Positions 62,061 through 64,000 of a DNA stretch of 64,000 nt are shown piece after piece (the first letter of the stretch is position 1; the number at the start of each line of letters is the position of its first letter). The translations under genes and the position numbers were made by a program. This stretch comes from Vicugna vicugna (lineage: Eukaryota), in contig MU058221.1 in assembly GCA_013265495.1 (NCBI GenBank), positions 4,342,001 to 4,406,000 on the forward strand, written 5' to 3'. The notes beneath the pieces were generated by a model. That model made no database searches and was not told the origin of the DNA. It saw only the letters and a list, made by a program, of their open reading frames with translations.

Positions 62061-63515
62061 CACCCACATCCTCACACCCCTTCCCCTTTCAGACGGTCTC
62101 CTTACAACCCCCTCTGGCAGCACACTAGCCTCCCCAAACTGACCGGCCCTCGGCTCCACCCCTTGAAATCAGCCACAGGCAACCACGCTTTGTCAAGCCG
62201 CCCCTGCCCACGGGTGCTGGGTGTTCCTGAGTCATGCAACGCCGCTCCTTGCCAGGGTGTGTACTTGTACAGTATGCGCATCTCCTGATTGTTATTTGGC
62301 CATTGCTTTGCAAAATACGCCTGAATCCACAGAAGCGAGAATTCCCAGTGCCACGGTAGGCCAACAAACGGATGATTTTTTTCAACAAGGCCTTTGCCAC
62401 CCTCTGGATCATACACGGCAGCTGCCCTGGTGTCCACACCCGTGGCCCCACTGCCCTTCGCGGGGAAGGCCGACAGTCTCCCCTGCACGAGCCTTCCTGC
62501 CCATTAGGTGCGTCGCCACGTCATTGGCCCTTACGTCAGACTCTGGAAGCTCCTCACCTATGATAAAGGGAAAAGAAGCATGTCCCAAGTTCCCTTGAAC
62601 TGAAGAATCACACCTTCCTCCCCTCTACTCCCCGCAGACCAACAGGCCCAACAGGCTCCCCGGGCCCCCTCCCCCCCAGCGCTCTGAAGGTCACATCCTG
62701 TGGCCCTTAGGCCCCCGGCTCCAAACACCCTCGTGCCCAAACCCCGAACTTATTTCACCTTAACAGAGGACAGCGGATGTGTCTAGGGGGCAACTACCGA
62801 ACTGAAAACTAATAGAATAAAAACAACAGGAAGAATCTGGACCGCCAGAAGGCAGGATTTGGAAACTAGATGACTGAGCAGGAAAGAAGGCGGCTGACCG
62901 CCCGCCTAACGACTTGACAACTTTGCCTTGGGCCAGCCCGGCCCCGACACAGGGATGTGTCTTCTTCCATTACTGTCAAACGCTCAAATCGCTTACATGT
63001 CTCCCTAAAGATCACCTTTTTTCCACCTCTTCGTTGCTTCCTTGGTTTGCTCACTCACTCCACTACGCACGGCCTGAGAGCACCATGGAAGCTGCGCGGG
63101 GTGACGATTCCTTGGTGGAGTGTGGCCTGCCTTAGCTGTTAGGCTATAAGCTGGAGACACACTGCAGGGTTCTCGGGTGACAGCTGACTCAGACGATGCG
63201 CGTGTGGCTTCAGTTTTAAGCATCCACCACCCCCCGCCCCTCCAACACACATGCGTGTGTGTGCGCACAGACAGCAAACTTAACTAACCGAAATGACTCC
63301 ACCCCGTCCAGCAGCAGAGAGGCTCAGGCCCCCGAGAACACCAGCACATGACCCTGTGCCCTGCCAGGGTACCCTTGTCACATAGGAACAAAAAGGACCA
63401 AAGTAAGGACTGCAGCCTGTGTGGACGTTCAAAGCACGGTGACACACTCACTGATAGCTGCCTCCCAGCTAGTGAGCGCCCAGAGTACCAACTCCCCGCC
63501 TTTTGAGAATGGGAT

Positions 63516-64000
63516 TGTCGATGAAAAGAATCAATAAACTGTAAGAGGAATAGCAAAGAGTTTAACCTGAACCAAACTGAGGTCTATAGTCTGGAAGACA
63601 GCCTCTCAGATAACTCTGACGCACTGCTCCGGAGAAGCATGGTTTTCAGCACAATTTTCTATCTTATCAGAACAAAGAACATTAAACAAGTCAGGGATAC
63701 ATTCCTTCAAGGTTTAAAAAAAAAAAAAAAGATCAACAAACACATACATAGCGAGTCAGTAGGGCCCTGGCATCCGGGAAGGGTGTCTTCTCATCCAAGG
63801 AGGACCAGCACTGGGACCAGCACGGGCGTCCCAGGAAGGCAGGCACTTCATCCTTATTTTGAACGTGACACACTTTACTTCTGGTCAATGCACCCTTTTA
63901 CTTAATAATTGAAGCAGCTGTACCATGTACGTTTGATGGGCCACAAACGGGCTGTTTTCAGTCAGCAGAAAATTCAAGTTAACTCATGTGTAAGCTAGAA
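63516..64000 (-). mobile_element. Class I ERV LTR running off the window end
   Basis: Starts TGTCGATGAAAAG; CTGAGGTCTATAGTCTGGAAGACAGCCTCTCAGATAACTCTGA...ACTGCTCCGGAGAAG resembles artiodactyl ERV1 LTR U5/R in antisense. Confidence 0.75.

Overview
Mammalian, repeat-rich, non-coding DNA (intergenic or deep intron). Three tRNA-derived SINEs resembling Vic-1 and the style of the young L1 3' ends point to a camelid genome; this is recognition from memory, not a database result. I found no intact protein-coding gene. The only ORFs with recognisable homology are decayed L1 ORF1/ORF2 pieces and a frameshifted retroviral integrase C-terminus. Much of the window is interspersed repeat: ancient L2, MIR, L3/CR1, MER5, MLT1, LTR16, LTR33, MER34 and MER74-like copies, plus younger L1 3' ends, SINEs and class I ERV LTRs, several with visible target-site duplications (TSDs). 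The most unusual object is a ~5.3 kb minus-strand non-autonomous ERV (41640-46897) inside an old L1. Its two LTRs do not match, its primer-binding site (PBS) looks like a tRNA-Trp/tRNA-Lys hybrid, and its CpG-rich leader has tandem ETS/GABPA motifs. Several repeat-free, AT-rich, homeobox/SOX/TALE-motif-dense blocks look like conserved developmental enhancers. I could not support a wholly new biological system. Repeat family names need RepeatMasker/Dfam confirmation, and boundaries of old repeats are approximate.
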